A DNA stretch of 63,591 nucleotides, the filler included. It is 4 parts of 4 records of this genome, joined end to end, with 100 filler letters (N's around TTAATTAATTAA, not from the genome) between each part and the next. Parts side by side here need not be neighbours in the genome. Positions count along the whole stretch, not along the records: positions 24,104 to 50,906 come from SRR31156797_3154; 3 more parts are not named here. One strand, given 5' to 3'. Each line of letters starts with the position of its first letter. Within the stretch, counting starts at the first letter, position 1. Below are positions 35,985 through 45,745 of the stretch, piece by piece. The position numbers were made by a program, and so were the translations under genes. A model generated the notes under the pieces. The model made no database searches. It was not told the DNA's origin and was given only the letters and a program-made list of their open reading frames with translations.

Positions 35985-36458
35985 TCAAATACCCGGTTTC
36001 AGCTCCGCTAAAATTTCACTCACCCTGGCGTGCTCCCCGGTCATCAACAACTCCCGCGATTCCTCACCCAGGATTGAAAACACCACATTCAAACGTCGGT
36101 CCGGCAGGATTTCGGGCCACTTATCGCCCCATTCCATCACCACGATACCCCTGCCGTCAAAACATTCGTCCAACCCCGTATCCAGAAAATCGCCATGGGT
36201 TTCCAAACGATAAACATCCATATGGAAAAGTCTACAGTCACCCTCGTATTCGTTCATCAATGCAAAAGAGGGGCTGGTCACCACCTCATTGGGAGAGACA
36301 CCCATACCCAGGGCAATCCCTTTGGTGAACCACGTTTTGCCGCAACCCAACTCTCCCCCTAGAACAACCAGGTCTCCCACTTCAAGGAGCCGACCCAGCT
36401 TCCGGCCCAGTTGAACGGTTTCTTCGGGGGATTGGGTTCTGAAGAGTAGGCGTTTCAT
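35985..36458 (-). CDS. tsaE: t6A ATPase TsaE
   Basis: GELGCGKT, VTSPSF, HMDVYRL, EWG. Confidence 0.96.
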   Translation of the reverse strand: MKRLLFRTQSPEETVQLGRKLGRLLEVGDLVVLGGELGCGKTWFTKGIALGMGVSPNEVVTSPSFALMNEYEGDCRLFHMDVYRLETHGDFLDTGLDECFDGRGIVVMEWGDKWPEILPDRRLNVVFSILGEESRELLMTGEHARVSEILAELKPGI

Positions 36459-36910
36459 TTTGAAGTGACAAAAGTCCTGATGACATCATTCTTGCCCACA
36501 ATACCCACCAGACGTTCCCCATCCATAACGGGAATCGTATAAATCTTTTTCTGGGTCATAATGGTGGCAATCTCGTCAATGGGCGTTTTTTCATCCACCG
36601 TGACCACCTTACGGGTATAAAGTTCTTCAACGGTTGTGGCGCTGAATTGTTGAATCTCCTTTTCCATTTTTTTCGAACTCTCAAGATAAAACACGGCATC
36701 AAAGAGGGCCACCACCGTGGGGATATGGAGTTTCTTGTCTTTTCGAATCAGATCGCTTTCACAGATAATACCGATCAACAACCCTTCATCGTCAACCACG
36801 GGAACCCCGTTAATGTTGTTTTTATATAGAATTTCAGCGAGTTCCGCAAGAGGGGTTTCCTTTTTGACGGTCATCACATCCGTGGTCATAATATCGCTGG
36901 CATTCAACAT
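36455..36910 (-). CDS. CBS-domain pair protein
   Basis: ASDIMT, GVPVVD...GIICESDL, IPVMDGERLVGIV. Confidence 0.9.
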   Translation of the reverse strand: MLNASDIMTTDVMTVKKETPLAELAEILYKNNINGVPVVDDEGLLIGIICESDLIRKDKKLHIPTVVALFDAVFYLESSKKMEKEIQQFSATTVEELYTRKVVTVDEKTPIDEIATIMTQKKIYTIPVMDGERLVGIVGKNDVIRTFVTSK

Positions 36911-36928
36911 GACTGTTTACCTCTCCCT

Positions 36929-37648
36929 TTAAAAGGATTTCACCAGATCAATCATTTTTCGAACGGCCTGATCAAATCCCACCAGAACCGCCATGGCTAC
37001 GATGCTGTGTCCGATGCTGTACTCCTCCACCAGGGGCAGCGCTTCAAACCTTTTGATATTCAAATAGTTGAGCCCATGGCCGGCGCTGACACCCAAATCC
37101 AGGGACGAAGCCGCTTGTGCGGCGCGGACAACCCGATCAAAACGCTCTTTGGCCTCATCTTCCGATTTTGCCTCCGAATAATGCCCCGTATGAATCTCTA
37201 TAATATCCCCCCCGCAACCCCGGGCGGCCTCCACCTGTTCCGGATCCGGGTCTATGAAAAAACTGACCTGAATCCCCGATTGGTGAAGCCGTTCAACAAC
37301 CTCTCCATAATGGTCCGGCCGGGCAATCACGTCCAATCCGCCCTCGGTGGTAAGTTCCTCTCTTTTTTCGGGAACCAACGTCACCATATCCGGTTTGACG
37401 GCCGCTGCAATTTCAACCATTTCATCAACCGCCGCCATTTCCATATTAAGCCTTGTTTTAATGGTTTCCCGCAACAACCGGAGATCCCGGTCATTGATAT
37501 GGCGCCTGTCCTCCCTGAGATGACAGATAATGCCATCGGCACCCGCAAGCTCAGCCAAGCCCGCCGCCAGAACCGGATCAGGGACATCAATCCCCCTTGC
37601 CTGACGAACCGTTGCCACATGATCCACATTTACAGCCAGTTTTGCCAT
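36929..37648 (-). CDS. pdxJ: Pyridoxine 5'-phosphate synthase
   Basis: VNVDHVATVRQAR, HLREDRRHI, TTEGGLD, AGHGL, IGHSI; ATG 37648. Confidence 0.98.
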   Translation of the reverse strand: MAKLAVNVDHVATVRQARGIDVPDPVLAAGLAELAGADGIICHLREDRRHINDRDLRLLRETIKTRLNMEMAAVDEMVEIAAAVKPDMVTLVPEKREELTTEGGLDVIARPDHYGEVVERLHQSGIQVSFFIDPDPEQVEAARGCGGDIIEIHTGHYSEAKSEDEAKERFDRVVRAAQAASSLDLGVSAGHGLNYLNIKRFEALPLVEEYSIGHSIVAMAVLVGFDQAVRKMIDLVKSF

Positions 37649-37694
37649 TATCCAACCTCCGCACGATAACCATTTACGGTTGTCGATTAACAAT

Positions 37695-38150
37695 TCACGG
37701 TTTTTCGAGCAATGCCATCAATCGATCTTCCTCTTTGATCATGCGCATGGAATCCGATGGAGATTTCTCATGATCATACCCTAAAAGATGCAAAATACCG
37801 TGAATTATCAACCGGTCAACGATCCTTTCCAGGGACTGTTCCAGTTCTTCCGCATCCCGCAACGCCGTGTCCACGGATACAACCACATCTCCCAGCAGGG
37901 TCGATTCGAAAAAAGGGGGAGATACCTCCCCATCCGGCTCTTCCACCATGGAAAAGGAGAGCACATCGGTGGCGCCTTCCTTACCTCGATATTGCCGGTT
38001 CAACACCGCCATGTGTTCATCATCCGTAAACAGGATGCTCAACTCCTTGTCATGACATTCCAAGTCTTCTAAGACTCTCTTCGCTTTCGCCTTTATTTTC
38101 TGCTCGTCCAATCCGGGGGCCGGGCGGTCCATCCTGATCTGTATCTCCAT
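37695..38150 (-). CDS. ybeY: rRNA maturation endoribonuclease YbeY
   Basis: LNRQYRGK..ATDVLSF, LGDVVVS, HGILHLLGYDH. Confidence 0.97.
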   Translation of the reverse strand: MEIQIRMDRPAPGLDEQKIKAKAKRVLEDLECHDKELSILFTDDEHMAVLNRQYRGKEGATDVLSFSMVEEPDGEVSPPFFESTLLGDVVVSVDTALRDAEELEQSLERIVDRLIIHGILHLLGYDHEKSPSDSMRMIKEEDRLMALLEKP

Positions 38151-40572
38151 TTTCACCCTTCCTGTCTAAACCGTTTCTGCCGCTTCCCGCACCGTCTCGA
38201 TGACGTGGGGGAGCGATCTTCGTCACGGGCTCGGGGTATTCAACCCGATGATGGAAAATACCGCTCAAGGTCTGGTTAAAACTTTTGGCAATGGCATGAA
38301 GATCTTTAAGGGTCAATTCACACTCATCCAGCTGCCCGTCTGAAAAAACCTTGTTCATAATCTTCTGCACCATTCCCCGTATCCGCGCCGGGGTCGGGTC
38401 CACCAGGGTCTTGCTGGCCGCCTCGATCACATCCGCCAGCATCACGAGACCCGCCTCCTTGGTCTGGGGTCTGGGTCCACGGTAACGAAAATCTTCCTCT
38501 TTTACACCCAGGGATCTGTCCCCTTTTTTCTCGGCCCGTTCCTTGGCCTTTTCGTAGAAAAACATGATCAGGCTGGTTCCGTGATGCTGCTCGATAATGG
38601 AAATGATCTCTCGGCCCAGCTTGGCCCGGCGGGCCAGTTCCACCCCGTCCTTCACGTGGGCAATGAGAATAAGGCTGCTCATTGAGGGCGCCAGTTTTTC
38701 GTGACGGTTGCCTTTGCCCCCCTGGTTTTCAATGAAATAAAGGGGCTTTTTAATCTTGCCGATATCATGATAATAGGCGGCAACCTTGGCCAGCAACGGA
38801 TTTGCGCCGATGGCCCTGGCGGAGGCCTCCACCATATTGCTGACGATAACGCTGTGGTGATAGGTCCCGGGCGCCTGAACCATGAGCTCTCGCAAAAGCG
38901 GCTGGTCGAGATTGGCCAGTTCCATGAGTTTGATGTCCGTGGTGTACCCAAAGGCCATTTCGATGAGCGGCATCAACCCCGTGGCAATCACACCCACCAA
39001 CACACCGCCCATGAATGCCGAACAACAGGCGATGACACTCTCAACATTAAAAAAGTCACCATGCAGACCCTCCATGGCAAAGGCGAGAATCATATTGCAC
39101 AACCCCACCTTAAGGCCCGCCTCAACAAAAACACCCCTTTCCCTGTAACGGCGCACCCAGGTAGCCGCCAGGAGGGAGCTGACGAAAAAATAGATGAAAA
39201 ATTCAATCCGGCCGTCCACAACCGCACAGGCCAGGACGGAAACGACGAGGGAAAAGCAGGCGGCGGTGACAATACCGTGAAAGATACAGATCAACATGGC
39301 ACCACCCGCCACCGGAATGGCGTACAACAGGGCTCTTGGAGAGAAAAAATGGAACCCTCGTGCCGCTTCAATTGCCACGGAATTAAACGCGATAACCACA
39401 AAAAATATGGCCAGCAACATCACTGCGTTTAACAGCAGGTCTCTGATTTCCGAATCTGTTGATCTGCTCTTTCTAAGGCCCAATTGATACATGGAAACGA
39501 GCAAAAATGCCATGAGAACCGCCATGGCGGGCACCCTTCCCACCATCTTTTTTTGTTTTAAATATTTGTACTGAGCATTCAGTTTGAGAAGTTGTTCCGG
39601 CGTAATTGGCGCGCCTTCCCTGATGAAAATTTCGCCCTTTTTAACTTTAAAAAAGAAAGGTTTTACGGATTTTCCGGCCGCTTCTTTCCTGAGAGCGGTT
39701 TCACGCTTGTTAAAGGTGAGGTTGGGCTTGATAAGAGATACGGCCAACGCCAGTGTGGCTTGCGCCAGTTTTTCGGGCCACAAGTTCCGGATGAATGGCC
39801 GGCCCTCCTCTCGAACAAACGAAATGGCGGTTTTAAGATCATAAAAACGCTCAAGGTCGGAAATCTTCTCTTCTTTTCCATCCTTGATATTTTGAAGGAT
39901 AATCCCCTTGCTACGATAGCTCATCAGCATCACCTGATTGCCCACCACACCCCGCGTGAAAACTTCGGTGACAAGCTTTGTGACGGCTGATTCCGCCTTG
40001 GGCGAAAAATCACTGATCACCAGTGTATGGAAAAGGGCATTGTTTTCGGGAATATCCAGAATTTCGAAAAATCGTTTTCGAAAGGCGTTCGTCATGGCGA
40101 GGTATTCTTTTTGAACATCTTCAGGGGATGTGGACGTCCACGCCAGTTTCAAGGAATCGGACAAATACTTTCGACCGATGGCAAAGGCTTCGTGTACCCT
40201 GGGTACCACATCGGTTGCGGTGGGATCAAAATCATAAACGGGCAAAACGGCACGAACCGCTTCTTGTCTGTTCTTTTCAGTAAGCTCGGTGTTTTCAACC
40301 AGAAATTCCCGGGAAGCCTTGATATCACGATCGGCCACATCTCCCAGGTTATATGTTTTGGGTGGGGTCAGGATGCTCGGGAAAAGCAGAATGGAAAAGA
40401 TCAGGCTGAGACCGACGAAAATAGACCATTTCTTGGTATCATCCCGAAACCAGAACGTGCGATCCGAACGGCCCGATTTAGATCGGACGGATGGTTCTTT
40501 TTCCCACCGCCCGGCAGTTTTTTTCTGGTGCAGGGTCTTGAGTTTTCGGTCATTTGAAGTATGCCTTACCAT
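38050..40572 (-). CDS. 7TM-HD (HDIG) phosphohydrolase, PgpH/YqfF-like
   Basis: N-terminal TM, large extracytoplasmic domain, multi-TM block, APGTYHHS, YHDIGK, HHGT, MLAD; in phoH-HD-ybeY order. Confidence 0.92.
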   Translation of the reverse strand: MVRHTSNDRKLKTLHQKKTAGRWEKEPSVRSKSGRSDRTFWFRDDTKKWSIFVGLSLIFSILLFPSILTPPKTYNLGDVADRDIKASREFLVENTELTEKNRQEAVRAVLPVYDFDPTATDVVPRVHEAFAIGRKYLSDSLKLAWTSTSPEDVQKEYLAMTNAFRKRFFEILDIPENNALFHTLVISDFSPKAESAVTKLVTEVFTRGVVGNQVMLMSYRSKGIILQNIKDGKEEKISDLERFYDLKTAISFVREEGRPFIRNLWPEKLAQATLALAVSLIKPNLTFNKRETALRKEAAGKSVKPFFFKVKKGEIFIREGAPITPEQLLKLNAQYKYLKQKKMVGRVPAMAVLMAFLLVSMYQLGLRKSRSTDSEIRDLLLNAVMLLAIFFVVIAFNSVAIEAARGFHFFSPRALLYAIPVAGGAMLICIFHGIVTAACFSLVVSVLACAVVDGRIEFFIYFFVSSLLAATWVRRYRERGVFVEAGLKVGLCNMILAFAMEGLHGDFFNVESVIACCSAFMGGVLVGVIATGLMPLIEMAFGYTTDIKLMELANLDQPLLRELMVQAPGTYHHSVIVSNMVEASARAIGANPLLAKVAAYYHDIGKIKKPLYFIENQGGKGNRHEKLAPSMSSLILIAHVKDGVELARRAKLGREIISIIEQHHGTSLIMFFYEKAKERAEKKGDRSLGVKEEDFRYRGPRPQTKEAGLVMLADVIEAASKTLVDPTPARIRGMVQKIMNKVFSDGQLDECELTLKDLHAIAKSFNQTLSGIFHHRVEYPEPVTKIAPPRHRDGAGSGRNGLDRKGENGDTDQDGPPGPRIGRAENKGESEESLRRLGMS

Positions 40573-40586
40573 AACAGCACCGCGCC

Positions 40587-41582
40587 TCAAGCCTTTTTCC
40601 GTTTTTCCTGTTTTTCGTAGGCATCGATGATTTTCTGAACCAGCGGATGCCTGATCACATCTTCCCTGGAAAAGGAAACAAACTGAATGCCTTCAATTCC
40701 CGAAAGCGTATGCATGACCTCAATGAGGCCCGATATCTGACCTTTGGGTAAATCCGTCTGGGTAATATCTCCGGTAATCACCGCCCTGGAACTGAAGCCA
40801 AGACGGGTCAGAAACATCTTCATCTGCTCGGGCGTCGCATTTTGTGCTTCATCCAGAATCACAAAGGAATCATTCAGCGTACGGCCCCTCATGAACGCCA
40901 GGGGCGCCACCTCGATGACCCCCTTTTCCAACAGGTCGGATGCGTTTTCAAAGGGCATCATATCATGGAGAGCATCATACAAAGGCCGCAGGTAGGGATT
41001 CACCTTTTCATACAGATCACCCGGTAAAAATCCCAGACGCTCCCCCGCCTCCACCGCGGGACGGGCCAGGATAATCCGGTTGCAGTCCTTCTTGATCAAA
41101 GATGCCACAGCCATGGCCATGGCGAGATAGGTCTTTCCCGTCCCCGCCGGCCCGATTCCGAACACGATATCATATTTTTTAATGCTGTCGATGTATTTTT
41201 TCTGGTTAATGGTTTTGGGCGTAATAATTTTTTTCTGGGAAGTAATATAAACTTCGTCTTTGAATATCTTCTTCAAATCCACGGAACGGTCACCGCTTAA
41301 TATTCTTACAGCATGGTCCACATCATTAATATAGAGCGGATACCGAGATTCCAGCAACGCATAAAGCTGTGAAAACACCTTTTCAGCCAGTTCAATTTCC
41401 CAATCCCCCCCCTGAAGCATCAGCACGTTTCCTCTCAAATTCACGGAAACCCCGATCTTCTTTTCGATCAGGTGCAGATGGGCATTTTGCTCACCACAAA
41501 GCGCCCGCATCAATTCATTATCGGGAAAACTGATCTTCTTGCTGATCAATGGTTTTTTTTTCTTGGAAGATGATTTACCCAA
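40587..41582 (-). CDS. PhoH family ATPase (YbeZ-like)
   Basis: GPAGTGKT, RPAVEAGERLGFLPG, FMRGRT, DEAQN. Confidence 0.95.
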   Translation of the reverse strand: MGKSSSKKKKPLISKKISFPDNELMRALCGEQNAHLHLIEKKIGVSVNLRGNVLMLQGGDWEIELAEKVFSQLYALLESRYPLYINDVDHAVRILSGDRSVDLKKIFKDEVYITSQKKIITPKTINQKKYIDSIKKYDIVFGIGPAGTGKTYLAMAMAVASLIKKDCNRIILARPAVEAGERLGFLPGDLYEKVNPYLRPLYDALHDMMPFENASDLLEKGVIEVAPLAFMRGRTLNDSFVILDEAQNATPEQMKMFLTRLGFSSRAVITGDITQTDLPKGQISGLIEVMHTLSGIEGIQFVSFSREDVIRHPLVQKIIDAYEKQEKRKKA

Positions 41583-41991
41583 ATATTTGCACCTCTATGC
41601 GCCGTTTGCGGGGCCTGTTGTCGAAATCAAGGAGAACAATCTGCTGCCACGTCCCAAGGGTCATATGGCCGTCAACAATGGGGATGTGCAATGAAGCACC
41701 GAAAATAGCGGCACGAACATGGGAATAACCGTTTCCGTCTCCCCATCGTTCATTGTGTTCGTAATAAATATCCTCGGGTGCCATCCTTTCAATGGCTTTT
41801 TTCAGATCGTTGACCACACCCCTTTCAAATTCAATGGTGGTCAATGCGCCGGTGGAACCCGGCACAAACAGGGTCACGACCCCGTTTGTCACCTGGGATT
41901 TTTCAATCTCACATTGAACTTTCAACGTAATATCCAGGATATCCGTCCCGCCGGTGGTATCTACGAAAATCCGGCCATGTTGCGTATGCAT
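41575..41991 (-). CDS. YjbQ/UPF0047 family protein
   Basis: DIT, YEHN...DGNGYSHVRA, LGTWQQI, DFD..PR.R. Confidence 0.92.
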   Translation of the reverse strand: MHTQHGRIFVDTTGGTDILDITLKVQCEIEKSQVTNGVVTLFVPGSTGALTTIEFERGVVNDLKKAIERMAPEDIYYEHNERWGDGNGYSHVRAAIFGASLHIPIVDGHMTLGTWQQIVLLDFDNRPRKRRIEVQIFG

Positions 41992-42136
41992 CGCATCAAT
42001 TACCCCGTACAATGGCGCTAAACACCAAAAATTTCATACAAGCCCACCGCGAATATTAAGGTTATATAACACAAGCTTTCTTTTTCATGCAACAAGACGA
42101 AAAGATAAGCCTTCAATATCGGGAATCAACAGGATT

Positions 42137-43240
42137 CTATTGAAACATAAAACGCCTCATGCTGATATTCATCAAAAGACCCATTGCCGCCATGGTTGAA
42201 ATCAAAGAGGAACCGCCATAGCTGAAAAGCAGCAGCGGAATCCCCACAACCGGCAAAAGACCTGTAACCATGCCCACATTGATGACCACCTGCCAGAACA
42301 CGATGGCGACAATTCCCACGGCGAGGATGGCGCCGAATCTGTCCTTGGATCCTTTGGCAATATTCAAACCCCAGAGGATCAGGAAAAGGTACAACAGCAG
42401 CAGCGCCGTGACACCCACCAAACCCCACTCTTCCGCTAGAACCGAAAAAGCAAAATCCGTATGTTGTTCCGGCAGAAAATGGAGGCGGGTCTGGGTCCCC
42501 TCTAAATACCCTTTACCCCAGAACTGACCGGATCCGATGGCAATCTTGGATTGGTTGATATGATATCCGGCCCCCAGGGGTTCCGTATCGGGTTGCAGAA
42601 ACGTCATGATACGCCGCTGCTGGTAATCCTTCATGCCGAACCAGATCACGGGAGCTGCCAGGAAACAGAATCCCATGAAGATCAATAAGGATTTCCGGTT
42701 GACCTTGGCGATTAGAATCATTGACAAGGATACCGTCCCCAGAAACAGGGCGGTCCCCAGGTCCGGTTCTTTCAGGATAAGACCACACGGTATCAGAATA
42801 AGGATAAACGGCTGCCACAGATCTCGCAGTCGGTATTCTTCGGCGCCGTCCCTGTCATTAAAAAATTTGGCCAGAACCAGCACCATTGAAATCTTTGCCA
42901 GCTCCGACGGTTGAAAAACAAGCGGGCCTAAACTCAACCAGCGCTGTGATCCCGACATCACTTTTCCCACCAGCAGGACGATGATCAAAAGCGCTACCGT
43001 AAAGAAGTAAGCCGGATAGGCCAACCGCTCAAGGTAATAATAATTGAATGTGATCATGATCAAGAAGACACTGAAACCGATCAGGAACCAATAACATTGT
43101 TTCATAACGATCCGCCCCCCCCCCACATCCCGAATGGCGTAGGTGGCGCTGTAAAGGTTGAGGATACTGATTCCCGCCAGCAACAGCAGAAGCAGCAGCA
43201 AAACCCAGTCAAAATTCTGAATCAGTCTTCGATCAAGCAT
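42137..43240 (-). CDS. rodA: Rod shape-determining SEDS protein RodA
   Basis: GSQRW, QPSELAK, EPDLGT, LPEQHTDF, SYGGSS; after mrdA. Confidence 0.96.
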   Translation of the reverse strand: MLDRRLIQNFDWVLLLLLLLLAGISILNLYSATYAIRDVGGGRIVMKQCYWFLIGFSVFLIMITFNYYYLERLAYPAYFFTVALLIIVLLVGKVMSGSQRWLSLGPLVFQPSELAKISMVLVLAKFFNDRDGAEEYRLRDLWQPFILILIPCGLILKEPDLGTALFLGTVSLSMILIAKVNRKSLLIFMGFCFLAAPVIWFGMKDYQQRRIMTFLQPDTEPLGAGYHINQSKIAIGSGQFWGKGYLEGTQTRLHFLPEQHTDFAFSVLAEEWGLVGVTALLLLYLFLILWGLNIAKGSKDRFGAILAVGIVAIVFWQVVINVGMVTGLLPVVGIPLLLFSYGGSSLISTMAAMGLLMNISMRRFMFQ

Positions 43241-43247
43241 AATTTAA

Positions 43248-45083
43248 TTAATCAACCGGCACCCGAAGATATGTCTCGATGAGTGTTTTGGCAATGGGAG
43301 CCGCGGCACTTCCGCCGTGCCCGCCGTGCTCAATGAGAACCGCCACCGTAATCCTGGGGGCATCAGCCGGCGCAACCGCAACAAACCAGGCATGATCCCG
43401 ATACTTCCAGGGGACTTCTTCGCCCTTGGCTTTGGCGTCCTTTTCCTTTTTGAGATTCACCACCTGGGCCGTTCCGGTCTTCCCGGCAACCGTAATATCC
43501 GCCAGCTTGGCTTTTGACCCGGTGCCCCGGGGATGGTTAACCGCACCTGATAGGGCATTTTTTACAATCTCCAGGTATTCCGGTCGGATCTTCACATCCC
43601 TGATCAATTGGGGCGTAAATTCAAAGAGGCTCTCACCACCTGTTTTCCGAACCCATTTGGTCACCTGGGGCCTGTAAACATGACCGCCGTTAAACACCGC
43701 GGAAACAAAGGTGGCGACCTGCAATGGCGTCACCAGCACGAAACTCTGACCGATGGAGGTGGAGACCGTCTCCCCACCCTGCCATGGGACTCCCCACCGT
43801 TTCCGTTTCCATTCGGCCGTGGGGATGAGCCCGCCTTTTTCCTGCCCCAGGTTAAGACCGGTTTTTCGCCCCAATCCCAGCTGGCGGGCATAATGGGCAA
43901 TTCGGTCAACCCCGAGCCGCATCCCCAGATGATAAAAATAGACATCACAGGATTCCACGAGTGCTTCATTCAGGGTTACGCTTCCATGACCCCAACGCTT
44001 CCAGCAACGGTATTTGCCACGGCCCAGTGAATATTGGCCATTGCAGTAAATCGCTTCCTGAGGCGTAATAACCCCCTCCTGGAGACCGGCCAGTGCCACA
44101 ACGATCTTGAAGACGCTACCCGGGGGATATTGTCCGGTAAGCGCCCGGTTGTGCAACGGATAATCACTGGACGACACCAAATTTTTCCACGTATCCGCAT
44201 CAAAACCCGTAATAAACAGATTGGGATCATAGGAAGGGCTGCTTGCCAAAGCCAGTATCTGCCCGTTCCGGGGATCCATGGCCACAACGGCCCCATGCTT
44301 TCCATCCAAGGCCTCTTCCGCGAGCATCTGCAATTCCCGGTTAATGGTCAGGCAGACATCCGCGCCCGAAACGGGCGGCCTTTGAGAAATCACCTTAATC
44401 CTTCGTCCCGCCGCATCCACCTCCACCTGCTCTCCGCCGCGCCCCCCGTTAAGAGACTGCTGCCATCTCCGTTCTATTCCGGTTTTGCCGATCAAATCAC
44501 CGGACTTGTTATTGGGGAATTCACCGCTTTTCAACTGCTTCTCACTGATTTCTCCCAGGTACCCCAGCACATGTGCGGCCAAATCGCCGTAAAAATAGTG
44601 TCTTTGAGGACTTACTTTGATCATAACCCCCGGCAGGTCGAATCGGCGAGTTTCGAGCATGGCCAGCTCCTCGCGGGAAATATCTTTTTTGAGGCAAACC
44701 GGTTTAAAGGGATATCCACTGGCAACGCGACTGATTTTTTCTTTTATGGGCGCCATCCCCAGATTCCCCAGGGCAGTCAACCGATCCAGCAAGTCGTCGG
44801 CATCGTGAATCTCTTCAGGGATGACATAAAGATCATAGGACGGTCGGTTATCCACCAGGATTTTGCCACTGCGGTCCCGAATCACCCCCCTGAAAGGCGC
44901 CATGCTTTGAAGCCGTATTCGGTTATTTTCGCTCCTGGCCCGATAGGCTGATCCGCTTACGATCTGCAGGAACCACAGTCTGAGGATAAGGATAGCGAAA
45001 ATCACCAGGACGAATATTACAGCGATTTTCAGTTGTTTTGCAAAAACATCCTGAGAAACAGGATCAAAATTTGATATTTTCAA
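43248..45083 (-). CDS. mrdA: Penicillin-binding protein 2
   Basis: PPGSVFK (SxxK), SCD, KTGT; within the mre operon. Confidence 0.96.
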   Translation of the reverse strand: MKISNFDPVSQDVFAKQLKIAVIFVLVIFAILILRLWFLQIVSGSAYRARSENNRIRLQSMAPFRGVIRDRSGKILVDNRPSYDLYVIPEEIHDADDLLDRLTALGNLGMAPIKEKISRVASGYPFKPVCLKKDISREELAMLETRRFDLPGVMIKVSPQRHYFYGDLAAHVLGYLGEISEKQLKSGEFPNNKSGDLIGKTGIERRWQQSLNGGRGGEQVEVDAAGRRIKVISQRPPVSGADVCLTINRELQMLAEEALDGKHGAVVAMDPRNGQILALASSPSYDPNLFITGFDADTWKNLVSSSDYPLHNRALTGQYPPGSVFKIVVALAGLQEGVITPQEAIYCNGQYSLGRGKYRCWKRWGHGSVTLNEALVESCDVYFYHLGMRLGVDRIAHYARQLGLGRKTGLNLGQEKGGLIPTAEWKRKRWGVPWQGGETVSTSIGQSFVLVTPLQVATFVSAVFNGGHVYRPQVTKWVRKTGGESLFEFTPQLIRDVKIRPEYLEIVKNALSGAVNHPRGTGSKAKLADITVAGKTGTAQVVNLKKEKDAKAKGEEVPWKYRDHAWFVAVAPADAPRITVAVLIEHGGHGGSAAAPIAKTLIETYLRVPVD

Positions 45084-45162
45084 GGTTTCTTTACCCTTGT
45101 TCTTCTATGTAATCGCCAGCCGGGGAATGCAGAATTGTATCTCAACCGGAGACGTCATGCTT

Positions 45163-45708
45163 TCAATTCTTTTCCGGCGAAGCCCCTCCAACCATCCTGG
45201 TGGGAACGCCTCTAAGGTGGTTGAACAATTGAAAAAAAAGCGGCGCAGTTAAACCGGTAACGCATATGGAAAAGAGGGAAATCAGCAGAAGCGTTTTTGA
45301 ATAAACCATATCCTGGGAAAAAATGCGAAGAAGGATTAACAGCATGGCATTTTTCAGTAAAACCGAAAGGGAAACAATGATGATCTGCCCTTTCGGGTTC
45401 AAAAGGTTAAAAAATCGGGATCCCAGTAGGAGCACAAAAAACACGCTCAGGTAGGCCGCGGTAAACAGACCATGCAACCCTCCTGAAAAAACATCAATCA
45501 AAAAACCCTGACCCAAGGCAAAAACACCCGCCGAAATCCGACCGAAGGCCAGAAAAAGATAAGCCGTCAGAATCACCAGAAAATCCAGGTCGAAAAAATC
45601 CAGACCCCAGGGATCACTCCAGATACCGTTTAAGAGCGTTACGGTTCCCCCGCCCAGCCATGCCCATATATAAAAGCCTATCGGCTTATTCCCTGAAGTT
45701 TTGACGAC
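45163..45708 (-). CDS. mreD: Rod shape-determining protein MreD (start uncertain)
   Basis: Hydrophobic protein with GFLIDVFSG, between mreC and mrdA; frame stays open upstream of GTG 45576 as far as 45768 with no ATG/GTG/TTG. Confidence 0.8.
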   Translation of the reverse strand, partial: VVKTSGNKPIGFYIWAWLGGGTVTLLNGIWSDPWGLDFFDLDFLVILTAYLFLAFGRISAGVFALGQGFLIDVFSGGLHGLFTAAYLSVFFVLLLGSRFFNLLNPKGQIIIVSLSVLLKNAMLLILLRIFSQDMVYSKTLLLISLFSICVTGLTAPLFFQLFNHLRGVPTRMVGGASPEKN

Positions 45709-45745
45709 GAATTCCTCTCGAACCCCGGCACCATAACGGGGCGCT

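Noticed and set aside
43115..43124. G10 run (C10 on the plus strand) in rodA as a phase-variation tract
   Set aside because: In frame, encoding Val-Gly-Gly-Gly in a core cell-shape gene where ON/OFF switching is unlikely; no evidence of variation
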